Shown here piece after piece: positions 51,317 through 62,790 of a DNA stretch of 64,000 nucleotides. The stretch comes from Mytilus californianus. Taxonomy: Eukaryota. The stretch is from positions 29,574,001 through 29,638,000 of the forward strand of contig NW_026262593.1 in the NCBI RefSeq assembly GCF_021869535.1, in the 5' to 3' direction. Within the stretch, counting starts at the first letter, position 1, and each line of letters begins with the position of its first letter. The translations under genes were made by a program, and so were the position numbers. The notes under the pieces were generated by a model. It was not told the origin of the DNA and did no database searches. It saw only the letters and a list, made by a program, of their open reading frames with translations.

Positions 51317-52248
51317 TCACTCAAATTCTTCTTCCGCTTCGCCCACTTCGATGCTAGTTTCACCTCCTTTCGGATTACAACACTTTGTCTTTCGGATACC
51401 CGAAGAGTTCGGTTTACCACACTGTCCCTCTGAAACTGTACTGCCGATGCATTTTTCCATACAATAACATCGGGCCTGTTGAACAAGCGATGACGCAGTA
51501 GTTGCTGTTTGTTCTGAGTCGGGACCTTCCGTTTCCTGTTGTTCAGTTGTGGTTTTTGTTGGTGTAGCAGACGGCTGAATCGGTATAAGAGCTCCTGTGT
51601 TTTTTTCTGCAGCAGATATCACTGTTTGCTTTGAAGCAACGTTACTGTATGAGATACCGGACTGCTTTGAAGCAACGTTATTGTACGAGATACCGGAATG
51701 CTTTGAAGCAACGTTATTGTATGAGATACCGGACTGCTTTGAAGCAACGTTATTGTACGAGATACCGGACTGCTTTGAAGCAACGTTATTGTATGAGATA
51801 CCGGACTGCAGATTTCCAAAATATTTTACAGGCTGGGGACTTTGAATTAAAGATGTAGAACTTTTTGCAACCATTGTTTTATTAATAGTAGGCTGTCCAA
51901 CGTCTGATTTGACGACGTCTAAAATTTTCATCAAGTTTGCTACAGAAGTGATTTGCTTTGTACCTTGACTTTTGCCATGTGCTTGAATGTATTTCTTCAA
52001 TGCCTCAGTGTAGGAAAATTTTAGCTTATCTTGGTTTCCAGAATTCAATTTTGTTTTCAGTGAATTAATGAAATTTTGATTTCTATAAGAAAACTCCTTC
52101 ATGTTCACCCCATTTTTTTCAGCTATTGCATTTATATAAGAAAAATCGTTTGTCTTTTTCCTTTTTGGTGAAAATGTATTTGCATGTTTTTCTGTATTTA
52201 TTGGCCTTGCAGAAACAGTGTCTTGCTTTACTGGTACCACTGGGTTGC
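51317..52248 (-). CDS. Coding exon 2 (terminal) of an uncharacterised 329-aa secreted protein with 12-aa repeats and a six-Cys defensin-like C-terminal module
   Basis: 932-nt uninterrupted frame after the acceptor ttattttgtattttag|GC (phase 1). It ends in TGA followed immediately by AATAAA (51316-51311) and joins in frame with the exon at 57855-57798. Confidence 0.85.
51627..51809 (-). repeat. Five in-frame 36-bp coding repeats (QSGISYNNVASK)
   Basis: tgctttgaagcaacgttattgtatgagataccggac x5 on the + strand. Confidence 0.97.
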
Positions 52249-52789
52249 CTAAAATACAAAATAATTTCAATTTATATAACAACTAACTTTACAGAAAGTG
52301 TTTTGGTCGTATATAACTGGGTTTTGCTGGGTCCCAATTCTTTAATGAGTTTTAAAACAATTTCATTTTCAGTATGAATGCAGACTTACAAAATAAGCGC
52401 AAGTTAGATTTTGACAAACTCGTTTTTTTGTTTGCTGTGTGTCCACTTTCTAAGGGGTTTCGAAGGTCCGAGTTTGGAAAAACACACACAAAAATGGTTT
52501 ATTTCAGAAAAACGCTTGCTATATTTTTTGTCCTTTTTGGTTTTGATTTTTTTTCAATAAGTTTTGGATTTTCAAATAATTTGGTCTCGATCATCACTAA
52601 AGAGACATTTATTATCGAAATGCGCATCTGGTGCAAAAAAATGGTACCGTTAATGTTATTGGAAATCTAAAAATTCAAACTCTAACTTGACAAGTGATTT
52701 ATTTGTCCTACATAATAATTTGGTTCAAAATATTAAAATCCCTTATTTGTTACAATAGTTTGGTAGATAAAATAATAAAACAGCCAATA

Positions 52790-52890
52790 TAAAAATAAGG
52801 AGTGGTGGTATGATTGCCAATGAGACAACTATTATACCACCAGAGATCAAATGAAGTGGATGTAAGCAATTATAGGCAACCGTACGAAGA
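52790..52890 (+). mobile_element. Family B fragment (intronic)
   Basis: aataaggagtggtggtatgattgccaatgagacaact..ataggcaaccgtacg. Confidence 0.7.
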
Positions 52891-53782
52891 ATGTTTTTAA
52901 AGACGAGTTTCTATATGGCATTTTTAATGATATTCTGTGAGTGTGAATGTTATTTGTGTATGTGCGTTATTCTTCTTGTCTGGCTGGTAACATTTTAAAG
53001 TTTTAATTTAAAAAGGAAAATAAAAATAAGACATGACCTAAGTTAAATAAATAAAATCATAGAGAGAACACAAACCAATTACCGAGGTCACATAAACGAT
53101 CAAATAAACCAAGAACTAATAATCTGTATTTTTTTTCCTACATTCCAGGACAAGGTTTTTAGACCAATAGAAAAGTTGTAAAAGTTAATAATTAGTCTTA
53201 GTTTGCTATAAATACTTAAAACACCATAGCAAAGTTTGTAAATATCAACAATAACACGAAGTGACATGTTCACATGACAATGAAATGCAATAAATAGTTT
53301 ATTAATTACATGTTTTAGTTTTTTGTCACCTTTCCGTTATTTACAATTACAATAGATTAAAAGAACATTGCTTTTTGTTATATAAGTTTTCCTTTTATGC
53401 ATTGTCAAATCAGATTTGAAATAAGACAAGGAGAAGTTATCATTGGTAAAATACAAACAATTAGTGACAGTTCATGCCATTGTTTTACATGATAAAGGTA
53501 CCAAGAAGTACGAGTTAGTCAACCAATAAACATGCGGCCAGTGCACTAAACAAACATTTTTCAATTACCTGTTTAAACGTACAATATCGATGATTAATTA
53601 CAATTTTATTTCTCATTGTTTTTTTTTCCCCACAGTTATGTAGAAATAAATGACATAAGAAATACCGATTATCAGTTCAATTGTTTTATACAAATCTAAT
53701 GTTGAATGAAAGGTTTCAAACTAGATGATCCGTAAGACACTTCTAACTCGAAATGCTGACAAATTCTAAGGGTAGCTATATG

Positions 53783-54040
53783 TGGTATTGTTTAGCTAAC
53801 CTACCTAGCCCAAAGGACAATGTCAGCTTTTGCCATCACTTTGCGTCCGTCGTCTTTCCATTCGTCATCGTAAACTTTAAACCAAATAAATTCTCCTCCA
53901 AAACTACTGGATTAAATGTTACCAAATTTTACCTAAAATGGCCCCTGTTGCTTAAAATTGAATTTACAGTTACCATTCAACACAATTCTTGTATTTTATG
54001 CAAAAATCCTATATGAGCAATACATGCTCTCTGGAACTGC
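53783..54040 (+). mobile_element. pearl/HINE-like non-autonomous element fragment (intronic)
   Basis: tttagctaacc..agcccaaaggacaatgtcagcttttgccatcactttgcgtccgtcgtc..cgtaaacttt resembles the 5' end of bivalve pearl/HINE elements. Confidence 0.65.
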
Positions 54041-55659
54041 TTACTGACTTATCGGACAATTAAGTCTTTGGATCAAAAATAGAAACGTGGATAGTATTTT
54101 TAATGCAACAATAGATGCAGCTTGCTCGTTTGTAATGACTATGGAAATTGAAATCATCAAATGAAAAATGTGAAACATACTTTTTTTGTTAGCTAAAAGT
54201 TTAATAATAATAATAATAATAAAGAATTCAGGTTACAGAGATGTATGAAAAAATTCTTGTGGCGAGCTTAAACAACCAATTTACTGATCTATACATTAGT
54301 CGTTTGGATTGATATGTAATAAGTGAGTTTCTCATCTTACAAAAGTTTCATCATGGATAAGTCCGTTAAGATTATTGTTTTCGAGGAAACGTGAGAGGAA
54401 ATCGCTTTCAACATGCTTATTGCTGCATCTTATTCGATAATAAGTTTGGGTGTTCTGCCAAATGGTCCATTAAAAACTCTTTTTTTGTGTGTTTTAGCAT
54501 TTGGAATCTATACAAACGCCACTTGCATTTGAAAATCCCATTTAAACTTTCAATCAAATTTATAAGGAAGATAGTAAATCTCTACGGCATTAAAAAGAGA
54601 GGCGAAAAAACCAAAAACGAAAATGTTGAAAATGCAACCCGAACCCCCAAAAATGGAGGGGGATATCAGTTCTTCGGAACGGTAAGCATATTATTAAGCT
54701 TCACATGTTTTATCCGTCGTGTTGATCAAGGTAGATACTTTTTCGGTGTTGAATCTTAATCAAGGAAAATAGCTTCAACAATTTGAATATATCCGAGGTC
54801 ACTTGTTACACAGATCATAACTTAATTAGCTTCCTTGTAAGCAGCAATCTTAATCTAGGAAATCATGAAAGGGAACGCAATTTCTTGAATATCGTATCCA
54901 CTAAATGATATATATATATATATATTGTTTCTGTTTGGTAATAAATTAATAATAAGATCTATTTTGTTACATCTTATGATCCGTTTGTTTGACAATCGCC
55001 AATGGCAGTCAGCAGGGTTTAAGAACATCAGTTGTTCGACCTGCTAGTCAAATGCGTTTTGTTAAAATATACTTTTTCACTCATTTTGGTCTTTTGGAAA
55101 ATGTTGTTTGTGCTGTATTTAGACCCCTCTACCAAGAAATTTGTTTTGCATGCACACGTATAAAAATCTTCTCAGTTTGTGATTTTGACGTTACGAAAGA
55201 GGCGACTATGCCAGATGCTAGATTAATGACGAACTACGAGTCATCTTATGGCTTTCAATATTGCGTTGAACCCATACTGTATAGTAAGGAATATAACAGA
55301 ACGAGATGATAAAATTTGCAAATACTAAAAAAAAAACAAAGGCCTGATTTATCCTTCAACAACTATGACAGACAACCAGGACAACTACTGGATTACAACT
55401 ACAAGCTACTGGTTTGGGACCGTATATGTCCCATGTTTGTGAACACTTGAAATATGTCTCCTAACCAGGAATTAAGCGTAAGAGCACAACATGCTAACAA
55501 ACTACTAAAAGGAGTTGGAAAAGGCTTCACTCATCAGATTGTTACTGAGCACCAAAAATGTAAAAAAAAAAAAAAAAGACAAAAGACATAAAATAGATCT
55601 TAAGTTACTCGCAGTTTCAGAGAGCTAGTTAATGGCCAGTTTTAACTTATCAGTAAACA

Positions 55660-56710
55660 TTATCACACATTTTTTTACAAAAACATTGGGTTTTGCATAT
55701 GCAATAACCGCAGATTTGCCCTAGTCAGTCATACTCCTGCCGGGGCAAATAACTGGTTATTGTGCCCTGTTATGACGTCATAAGAATTATTTGGGAGCTT
55801 CGTAATATAATTATAGATAATAACATGTCCTTTTCCATATCGGCCCTAGTATCATCCTGAGACTCCCATATGAGATCATACATCATATGAACCCAAGGCG
55901 CTAGCCGAGTGCTCATATCGGTCGAGGGAATTTTCTTTTAGTATTAGTGTTCTTATTTCTTTTACAAATTCTGCTGTCATATTTATCGACGTTTCTCGTC
56001 CGTCATTGTTGTTAGGAGGAACGTTATCACATATTTGTAGCATTCTAGTCATATTCCTACCTGGGGCAAATAACCGGTTGTTGTGCCCTGTTATGACGTC
56101 ATTGTTGTTACGAACGCTTATGACGTCACAACAGGGCACATTAACCGGTTATTTCCGGATAGGAATATGTAAAGATAAATAAGAAGATGTGGTATGAGTG
56201 CCAATGAGACAACTCTCCATCCAAGTCACAATGTGTAAAAAGTAAACAATTATAGGTCAAAGTACGGCCTTTAACACGGAGCCTTGGCTCACACCGAACA
56301 GCAAGCTATAAAGGGTCCTAAAATGACTAATGTAAAACAATTCAAACAGGAAAACCAACGGTCTAATCTATATAAAAAACAACAAACGACAACCACTGAA
56401 CAACAGGCGCCTGACTTAGGACAGGTGCATACAGATGCACCGGGTTTTAATGTTTTAACAGGCGCCAACCTTCACCCTAACCTGAAACAGTAGTGTTACA
56501 TTACAACATAAAAAGACACCTGTTTTAAAGGTATACTAAATAATAAATCTGCAGTTATTGCATATGCACAATCAAATGTTTTCGTAACAAATATGTGATA
56601 AATGAAGTTATTTCTCGACTCATATGAGCCCTCGGCTAGCGCTTTTGGCTAAAATGGGAGTCTCGGGATGATTCCAGGGCCGATATAGAAGAGGACATGT
56701 AATCTATAAC
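55660..56710. mobile_element. Cluster of oppositely oriented MITE-like fragments with a central palindrome; split by a family B' insertion (56172-56520)
   Basis: 55660-55718 inverts to 56543-56600 and 55820-55930 inverts to 56605-56710. 56050-56169 is a long hairpin containing TGACGTCA twice. Confidence 0.7.
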
Positions 56711-57797
56711 TATTTTCTCAGAAAACTTTTTCACTCTAACGGATTTCTCGTACAGACATCATAAGCAGTCTGAGAAAGAATGTATATTTGCAATGGCAAA
56801 ATAAAGTATCGACATGATTCAGGAACATATTAAGTGTTAATACTTAATAATTAATATATATACTTAATTATTTATCCAACTTAGAAAATAAAATAAATGT
56901 TAGTACCGATAAAGAAATAAATCAAAGATCTTACTACAATGTTCATTGATAACCCTCAAGAATAAGGTTTATTCAAAGGGCCATTAACCCTTAATTGTTG
57001 GTATAATTCCACACTTTATTTTATATTAACTCTAAGAACAAAACATTGAAGTATATAACATCGCCTTTCGACGGCCTAGTGATTGAAGAAGTTATTAAAT
57101 ATATCGGGATTTCGAAAAAGTTGAGAATATTTAGTACGGCTCTACGGTTCTTTGAAGAAAACAAGGCTTTTAACGAAACAAAAAAACAACCTTCTTGGAT
57201 TTTACACGTTTGGTTTACGGTGCCTGTTATAAAAGCGGCATTCATAGTATCTCCCGCGTCATTTTGAATCGCCAATACAATATGCCACCCTAGATTTAAT
57301 TATAGTATTGGTGAAAGACAACGACAAGACAAATAAGTCAACAAAACGCTACAAAGAAGACTGAAGACTGAACAACACTAACCCCATCAAAAATGTATGG
57401 TCCAGAAGGGTAAGCAACTTATAAGGAGTTATACTGTAGTACTGCTTGCATGTTTTATCTCTCTAAAAGTAACTATAAAAAAACAAACTATACAAATGTT
57501 TTGTTTTGAGGGTAATATATTATTTTGAAGTTTTAAAGTATACCAAAACTAGAGTATAAAAGCATGCATGTTGTGCATATTCATAGAAAGGAAAAAAGAA
57601 ATTTATTTATTTTTTAAATTTTTTAAATCAGCTTCTTGTTCTTGTTCTTTGAAAATGAGTTAAATGCGTTAAAACAAAAACACTAGTACCTAACAAAATT
57701 TGGAATCATTGACTCTTATAATTATATGTGATTACATTGATTACAAATACAATCTCGTCAAACATAAACTGATGAAAAAAATTATTTAAAATCTTAC

Positions 57798-57855
57798 CGT
57801 CAGTTAAACTCACAACACCAAGAGCGAAGATGAATGTTAATATACAGTTCTTCAT
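57798..57855 (-). CDS. Coding exon 1 (signal peptide) of the secreted protein
   Basis: ATG AAG AAC TGT ATA TTA ACA TTC ATC TTC GCT CTT GGT GTT GTG AGT TTA ACT GAC G|gtaaga = MKNCILTFIFALGVVSLTD plus a phase-1 G. G+GC gives Gly, then NPVVPVK. This is a classical n/h/c signal peptide. Confidence 0.8.
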
Positions 57856-59689
57856 TTCAAAAGATAAATTAAGTTTTTTTCTCTAAAATTATGAAAAAGC
57901 TGTCCTTAAGCTTCTAGTAATTTAGATAGAACATGTTTCATATAATCGTTATTATTATACTCATCATTGTATTGTAATACACATTAATCACCTAATATAT
58001 ATCCGACAACTAACAACATGTATAACGCGATTGACACCACTTACACCTTTCGTTTCATGAAAAGAGGGTCAAACTAAATATAAAAAGAGTAATGGCCATT
58101 AATTAATAAACAATGTAGATCACATCAAACAAGTCAGCTGTTCCTTTTACTTTACTTAATATTTAATTTAAATCATCATGCTTTTTGAAAATTCAAAAGA
58201 AAAAGGTCGACAGAATTGAAAGATATCTATTGGGACATACTTATTATATAAGGAAGCTTGTTAAACAAATAAATGGAAGAATTAGGTGGTTAGTTAAGTA
58301 ATCAAATAGAATTAATTATACTGACATTTTAAGTAATTTTTCGAATTAGAAGTTAAAATTTGAGCACCGCTTTTAAAAGTACAAAATGTAATAACATATA
58401 ATTCATGTCCAAAGTCAGGAACCTCTTCATTGATATTTGAATAGCATACTTTTTGTTTTGTTTGTTATTTGGAGAATTTGATTTTAAAAGAAGATCTTTT
58501 ATTGTTTCTGTTTAATTCATTAACCTGTAGCTAGCCATATACTCATGAGCCTGTTCTTATTCTGCGACCTCGTCAGTGCAGTGTTTGCCTTGTGTCATTA
58601 ACTTTTGTTATTGTTATTTTGAGGTTTTTGTTTATTTTGTTTATCTTCTGTATGATCTCTTTTTTATTAACAACTTCTGAGATTCAGGACTATGTAAAGA
58701 TTTGCATATTGTCGCGCGAGTATTGTAATGTTCTAGCCCGTATTTTTCTAAATATTGGTAAACTGAATATAAAGTTGAAAAAGCAACCCCCCTTTCTGAA
58801 GATACAACAATACAACACAACATTTTTTTCTCTCAAAAAGTATTTCCTATGTTTCTATTGGAGGTAGACCAAGGGTTTTGGAATTCTGTAAATAATATTC
58901 CCCAATTCTGCAATGCATGATTTGCTGAGAACCACTCAAACATTTGGTGCAAATCATGCAAAAGTTTAAGCATGATAGTAATACAATTATTATTTTAATA
59001 ACAATTTTTAAAGTGAAAACATAACTGAAAAATAATGTAGATTCAACACTATAGCACTACATGTATTTTGCTCTGAACTTCCATTGGCCGACTAGATTAT
59101 TAGGATACATTATAATGCAATAGGAAGTGGATAGTTTTGAAAGAAATCGTAGAACGCAGAAATTATGTATTACTGTTGTTTATGGAGAAAGATGATTGCA
59201 CCTGGATCTCAAATATAACGCTGTCTTGTATATATTGTTTCTCTGGATTTCTTTTTGGCTGTTTTTGTCGTTGAATTGCTGTCTTATTTATATATACCCT
59301 CACCTCCTTTCATTTATTTCTACAATGTATAAGCCTTAATTTGCCATAAGTGTATATGAAATAAGTTAAAACATTTCATCATTGTATGCTGTTTAACTTA
59401 CTGGATGTTTGAAAGAAACTAAACACTTCTGGGTATCACACAATATGTTACTTTAAAAGAGGCGAAAATACTAATAGGGACAATTCAAAGAGAAACTGAC
59501 AGCACAATTGAATAAAACGAAAACCGACTTAAAGACAAGCAACAGTCTATAAAACACTACATAGGAAACAAGAGACTTAACAACGCGAAATCTTCAGGGT
59601 TTTTATCAGTGCTTTGTTGACTGTTTTCGTTTTTTCGTCCTTTTTCTCTTGATATCGATCTTGTCCTTGAAATTCTTTTTCGATTGCGA

Positions 59690-60020
59690 ATTTTTCCGAA
59701 GGGTGACTGGGGATTAGAAATATGGTCACTCTTGGTCTTCTTCCGACCGGCAGTAAAACCCTTGCCAAAGTTGGGCGTCCGTTTGGTTGTGCGGAATATA
59801 TAAATTCACAGCCACGTCCGGTCAGAATGGGTACGGTAGATCCGATGCCTCGAGTAGAGAGAGTGCTACGATCTGTGCACGTTAATAACTCTTATATATT
59901 TCCTGTAATGATAAAAGCAATGTGAACGCACCTGTCACGTGCGTGCTGGGTTCGCACTCCCAACTGAAGTGTTGACAGTCTATTACAGTAGATAATAGAC
60001 TACTTCGCCACCGAGGCCCC
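59690..60020 (-). mobile_element. tRNA-derived SINE (possibly a two-part chimera)
   Basis: The minus strand begins ggggcctcggTGGCGAAGTAG (box A-like, 60011-60001) and has GTGCGAACCC (box B-like, 59957-59948). The body is shared with 22325-22500. Confidence 0.75.
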
Positions 60021-60612
60021 TAATCCTTTGAAGCAACGTCGCAGTGTGATTAATTAAATTCATCCATTTATTTAACATAGAAGTATTCGTATAAAAAAAT
60101 TCAATTATAATGCAATAAGATAATTGATGATAAATGCATATTTGTTACGACTTAACTGAAATCTTGTACTTTAAGGGATACTAATTACTGATTCCTTCAC
60201 TTTATTAGAATCGAGTAGTCACTGAAATGAAGAACTTTGGATGAATTAAGATATATTTTTGTGGGTTTCTTTTCTGTAACTATCTGGGTACATAAGTATC
60301 TTTTTAGATCCCGGATGTGGACGATGGTGGACGTTTTTTCCTCATGCTAAGAGAGAAGACCTATTCTGTTGATTATACACTTGCCACTCACTTTTAATGT
60401 GAAACTGTTTTAACTCACACAGTGAACATGTTTTAATATTTTTATGTCACTAAAAGGTGTTTTATCAGGAAATTCAAGTGAATATCAGTTTAGGTAACAT
60501 AGTGTCACTTAGCGCCATCTTGAAAATATTTTTAAACTTTAAAAATAAAAGGTGTAAATTGTTTATTTCACCTGCACTAATCCCTTGCCACACTCACGTA
60601 ATTTTTTAAATC

Positions 60613-62790
60613 ATGGAAATAACCAGAAAAAGAAGCAATCGTGTAAAAGGAAAGACAGTCATGTTTACACCCGGTTAATCTGTAGCTAATACTGCAACTA
60701 AAACCAAAAAATCAAGTACTAGTAGTAGTATCAATGAAAAAAACTGTTGATTATGAATTAAATAAAAGAAAGGCTGCGAGAAAGCTGCAGAACGGTTGTA
60801 CACAGTAAAAACAGAATTAAGTCCAGGAAATTTGGTTTTTATTTGTTCTGCTGCTGCTTATGATGAATTTAAAATAATAACACAGTCAGTCATTAATAAC
60901 TCTGGTCTTCTGATTAGTAAAACTGAGACTAAGAATAAAATAGGAGCCGTTGTATCTGAATCATTAGCTAAATGCGAAGGGAGCACAAAGTTATTTGTCT
61001 TGAACTTTTTTAACACTACGACAAAGGTACTTTTGGTAAACAAGCTTATATTAAAGATTTCATTACCTCCCCTTTTGGAGACTGTGTACTGTGTACTGTG
61101 TAAACATTGATCGTGACCACAAATTTAGACTTTAACAATCAAATAAGAGAGTATTGTAAAATGTTTTAGATACTACGCATCAGGGTAATTTAGACAAGGC
61201 AGCCAATGATGAGCACGGCTATCATAGCGTGAATAAACAACTAGCGTCTAGTACTAAGCAACTGACAGATGGGACATATTTAAACAGTAAGCAAATAACA
61301 GTACATAATGACGTCTCGTGTCCAATATGTGATAAGATCTGTGGTGAAGAATCTAAGGCAGTAGAGTGTGATATAAGTAATTCTTGCCTGCATTATAGCT
61401 GTGAAAAACTAACAAATAGTGAAATCCAAGTAATTGAGAATGATTAAACAGCAGGATATGTCTGTAGAAGTTGTAGTGAGTTGAGAGATCTGCAGTCTGA
61501 TCATGTCACAGGTGATTCCCTCTCTGAAAAAATCATGGTTTCAAGTAAGGATGAGGAAAATACTTCAAGAGTTTCAAGTTCGTCTGTATCAAGTGTTCCT
61601 AAAATACTAAAAGACAATATGACAAATTTTATTGTTATAGGTTGCATTTCTTTAAAAAATAGACAATGCAATTTCCCATAGGAACTCCCTTTACGGCTAA
61701 AACTGTGCCACTTTTACTATGAAGTTTCGTAAAAAAATATATCCTAGAATGGAAAGTTGATATGCACTATTTTTATTCAAAGATCAAAACATAGGGCTGT
61801 GCGGCATTATACGAGAAGTGATCTACATAACAGTTCGGTACAAATCGGATCAAATATTTTAAAAGAAGAAATGAACTTTCTAAAATTATAATTAACTCTA
61901 AAAGATAAAGGAATCAAACAAAAGGATAGTCAAATTTATAAATTACAAACAGAAGTGTCTACGCAGAAAAAAGAGCAATCAGCAAGTAGAGCATATGCTA
62001 TATAAAACTGGAAAATAACATTCGTGATTTAGAGCACTCTCTGTTAATTCAAAAAAAAAAGGCAACAGTCGAGCGAGTCTGCTACTAACAACAGGCAAAG
62101 CCTTCTTAGTGAAATAAATAACAAATCAGAATCAGAAAACTTAAAAAGTTGGTTCCTAGAACAGAGCCAACTGGAATTGGAAGTTTGTAAACAAGATAAT
62201 AAAATAAGTAATCTAAGTGATAAATTGATAGACTTAAGATTTGATAATAGTAATCAATCGACGCGCTACCGGCAAAGGCAAAATAGAGGGAAGCAAAATA
62301 AAGTATATAGGTCCAATCGAAAAAGCCAGGCACATTTAAATAGATACATTGAAAACCAGGATTGCAATTTTCAAAATGATTTCTCAGATTTTAATGGGGG
62401 CATGTCTTTTAGGCACGACGAATCTCAACTAAACTGTTTTCGTTCTGATGCTAGTGGTAGTGGCAATGAGGCTAATTCTGTGTTAGATGTTCAATCTAGT
62501 TATCTTGACAATTTTTTAGAGAATGGTCACTTTAGCAGGGGGGAAACGAAATGTCAAGCACAAGCGAGGAAAATATTTCACGAGAAATCGAAGCAAGCTT
62601 ATATACCGCCAAAAAAGCAAATGAAAAAATTACCACCGAGATTCCAACGTCTTCATCACCAAAAACTAGGGTGCATTCAGAGAGACAATCCAATGATGCC
62701 CATAAATTCTCAAACTACAAAAATGTAGAAAAATTTAATCAAAAGTGTCATGAAGATAAGAGTAACAATAACTGTGTAGAAAGTGTGCTG
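60613..62790 (+). pseudogene. LINE ORF1 relic (N-terminal conserved domain, PHD finger, coiled coil), split by a family E insertion at 61637-61800
   Basis: DYELNKRKAARKL..VKTELSPGNLVFICSAAAYDEFK..KLFVLNFFNTTTKVL; PHD CPICDKIC..AVECD..LHYSCEKL..YVCRSC; coiled coil IKQKDSQIYKLQTE..KLENNIRDLE. A YY1-like cgccatcttg lies upstream at ~60513. Confidence 0.8.

Noticed and set aside
51597-51858. Three extra ORFs overlapping the 36-bp repeats (CFEATLLYEIPD, MKQRYC, SPVSHTITLLQ)
   Set aside because: They are alternative frames of the same coding repeat. Only the 321-aa frame extends beyond the repeat and has splice and polyA support.
52249-52282. Listed start MLYKLKLFCIL of the 321-aa ORF
   Set aside because: It lies in the intron's polypyrimidine tract and acceptor. 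The real N-terminus is the signal-peptide exon at 57855.
52390-52449. Possible 60-bp symmetric phase-1 cassette exon (ttag|...|gtaagt) in the intron
   Set aside because: It is not needed for the frame, the peptide is unremarkable and there is no transcript evidence. It cannot be supported from sequence alone.
57880-58260. Promoter and 5'UTR exon of the secreted gene (acceptor ttttag near 57883, TATATAA near 58246-58240 on the minus strand)
   Set aside because: Such motifs are common in AT-rich DNA and the TSS cannot be fixed without transcript data.
59940-60020. tRNA gene
   Set aside because: It has only degenerate A/B boxes, no cloverleaf, and is joined to a dispersed repeat body. This is a SINE head.
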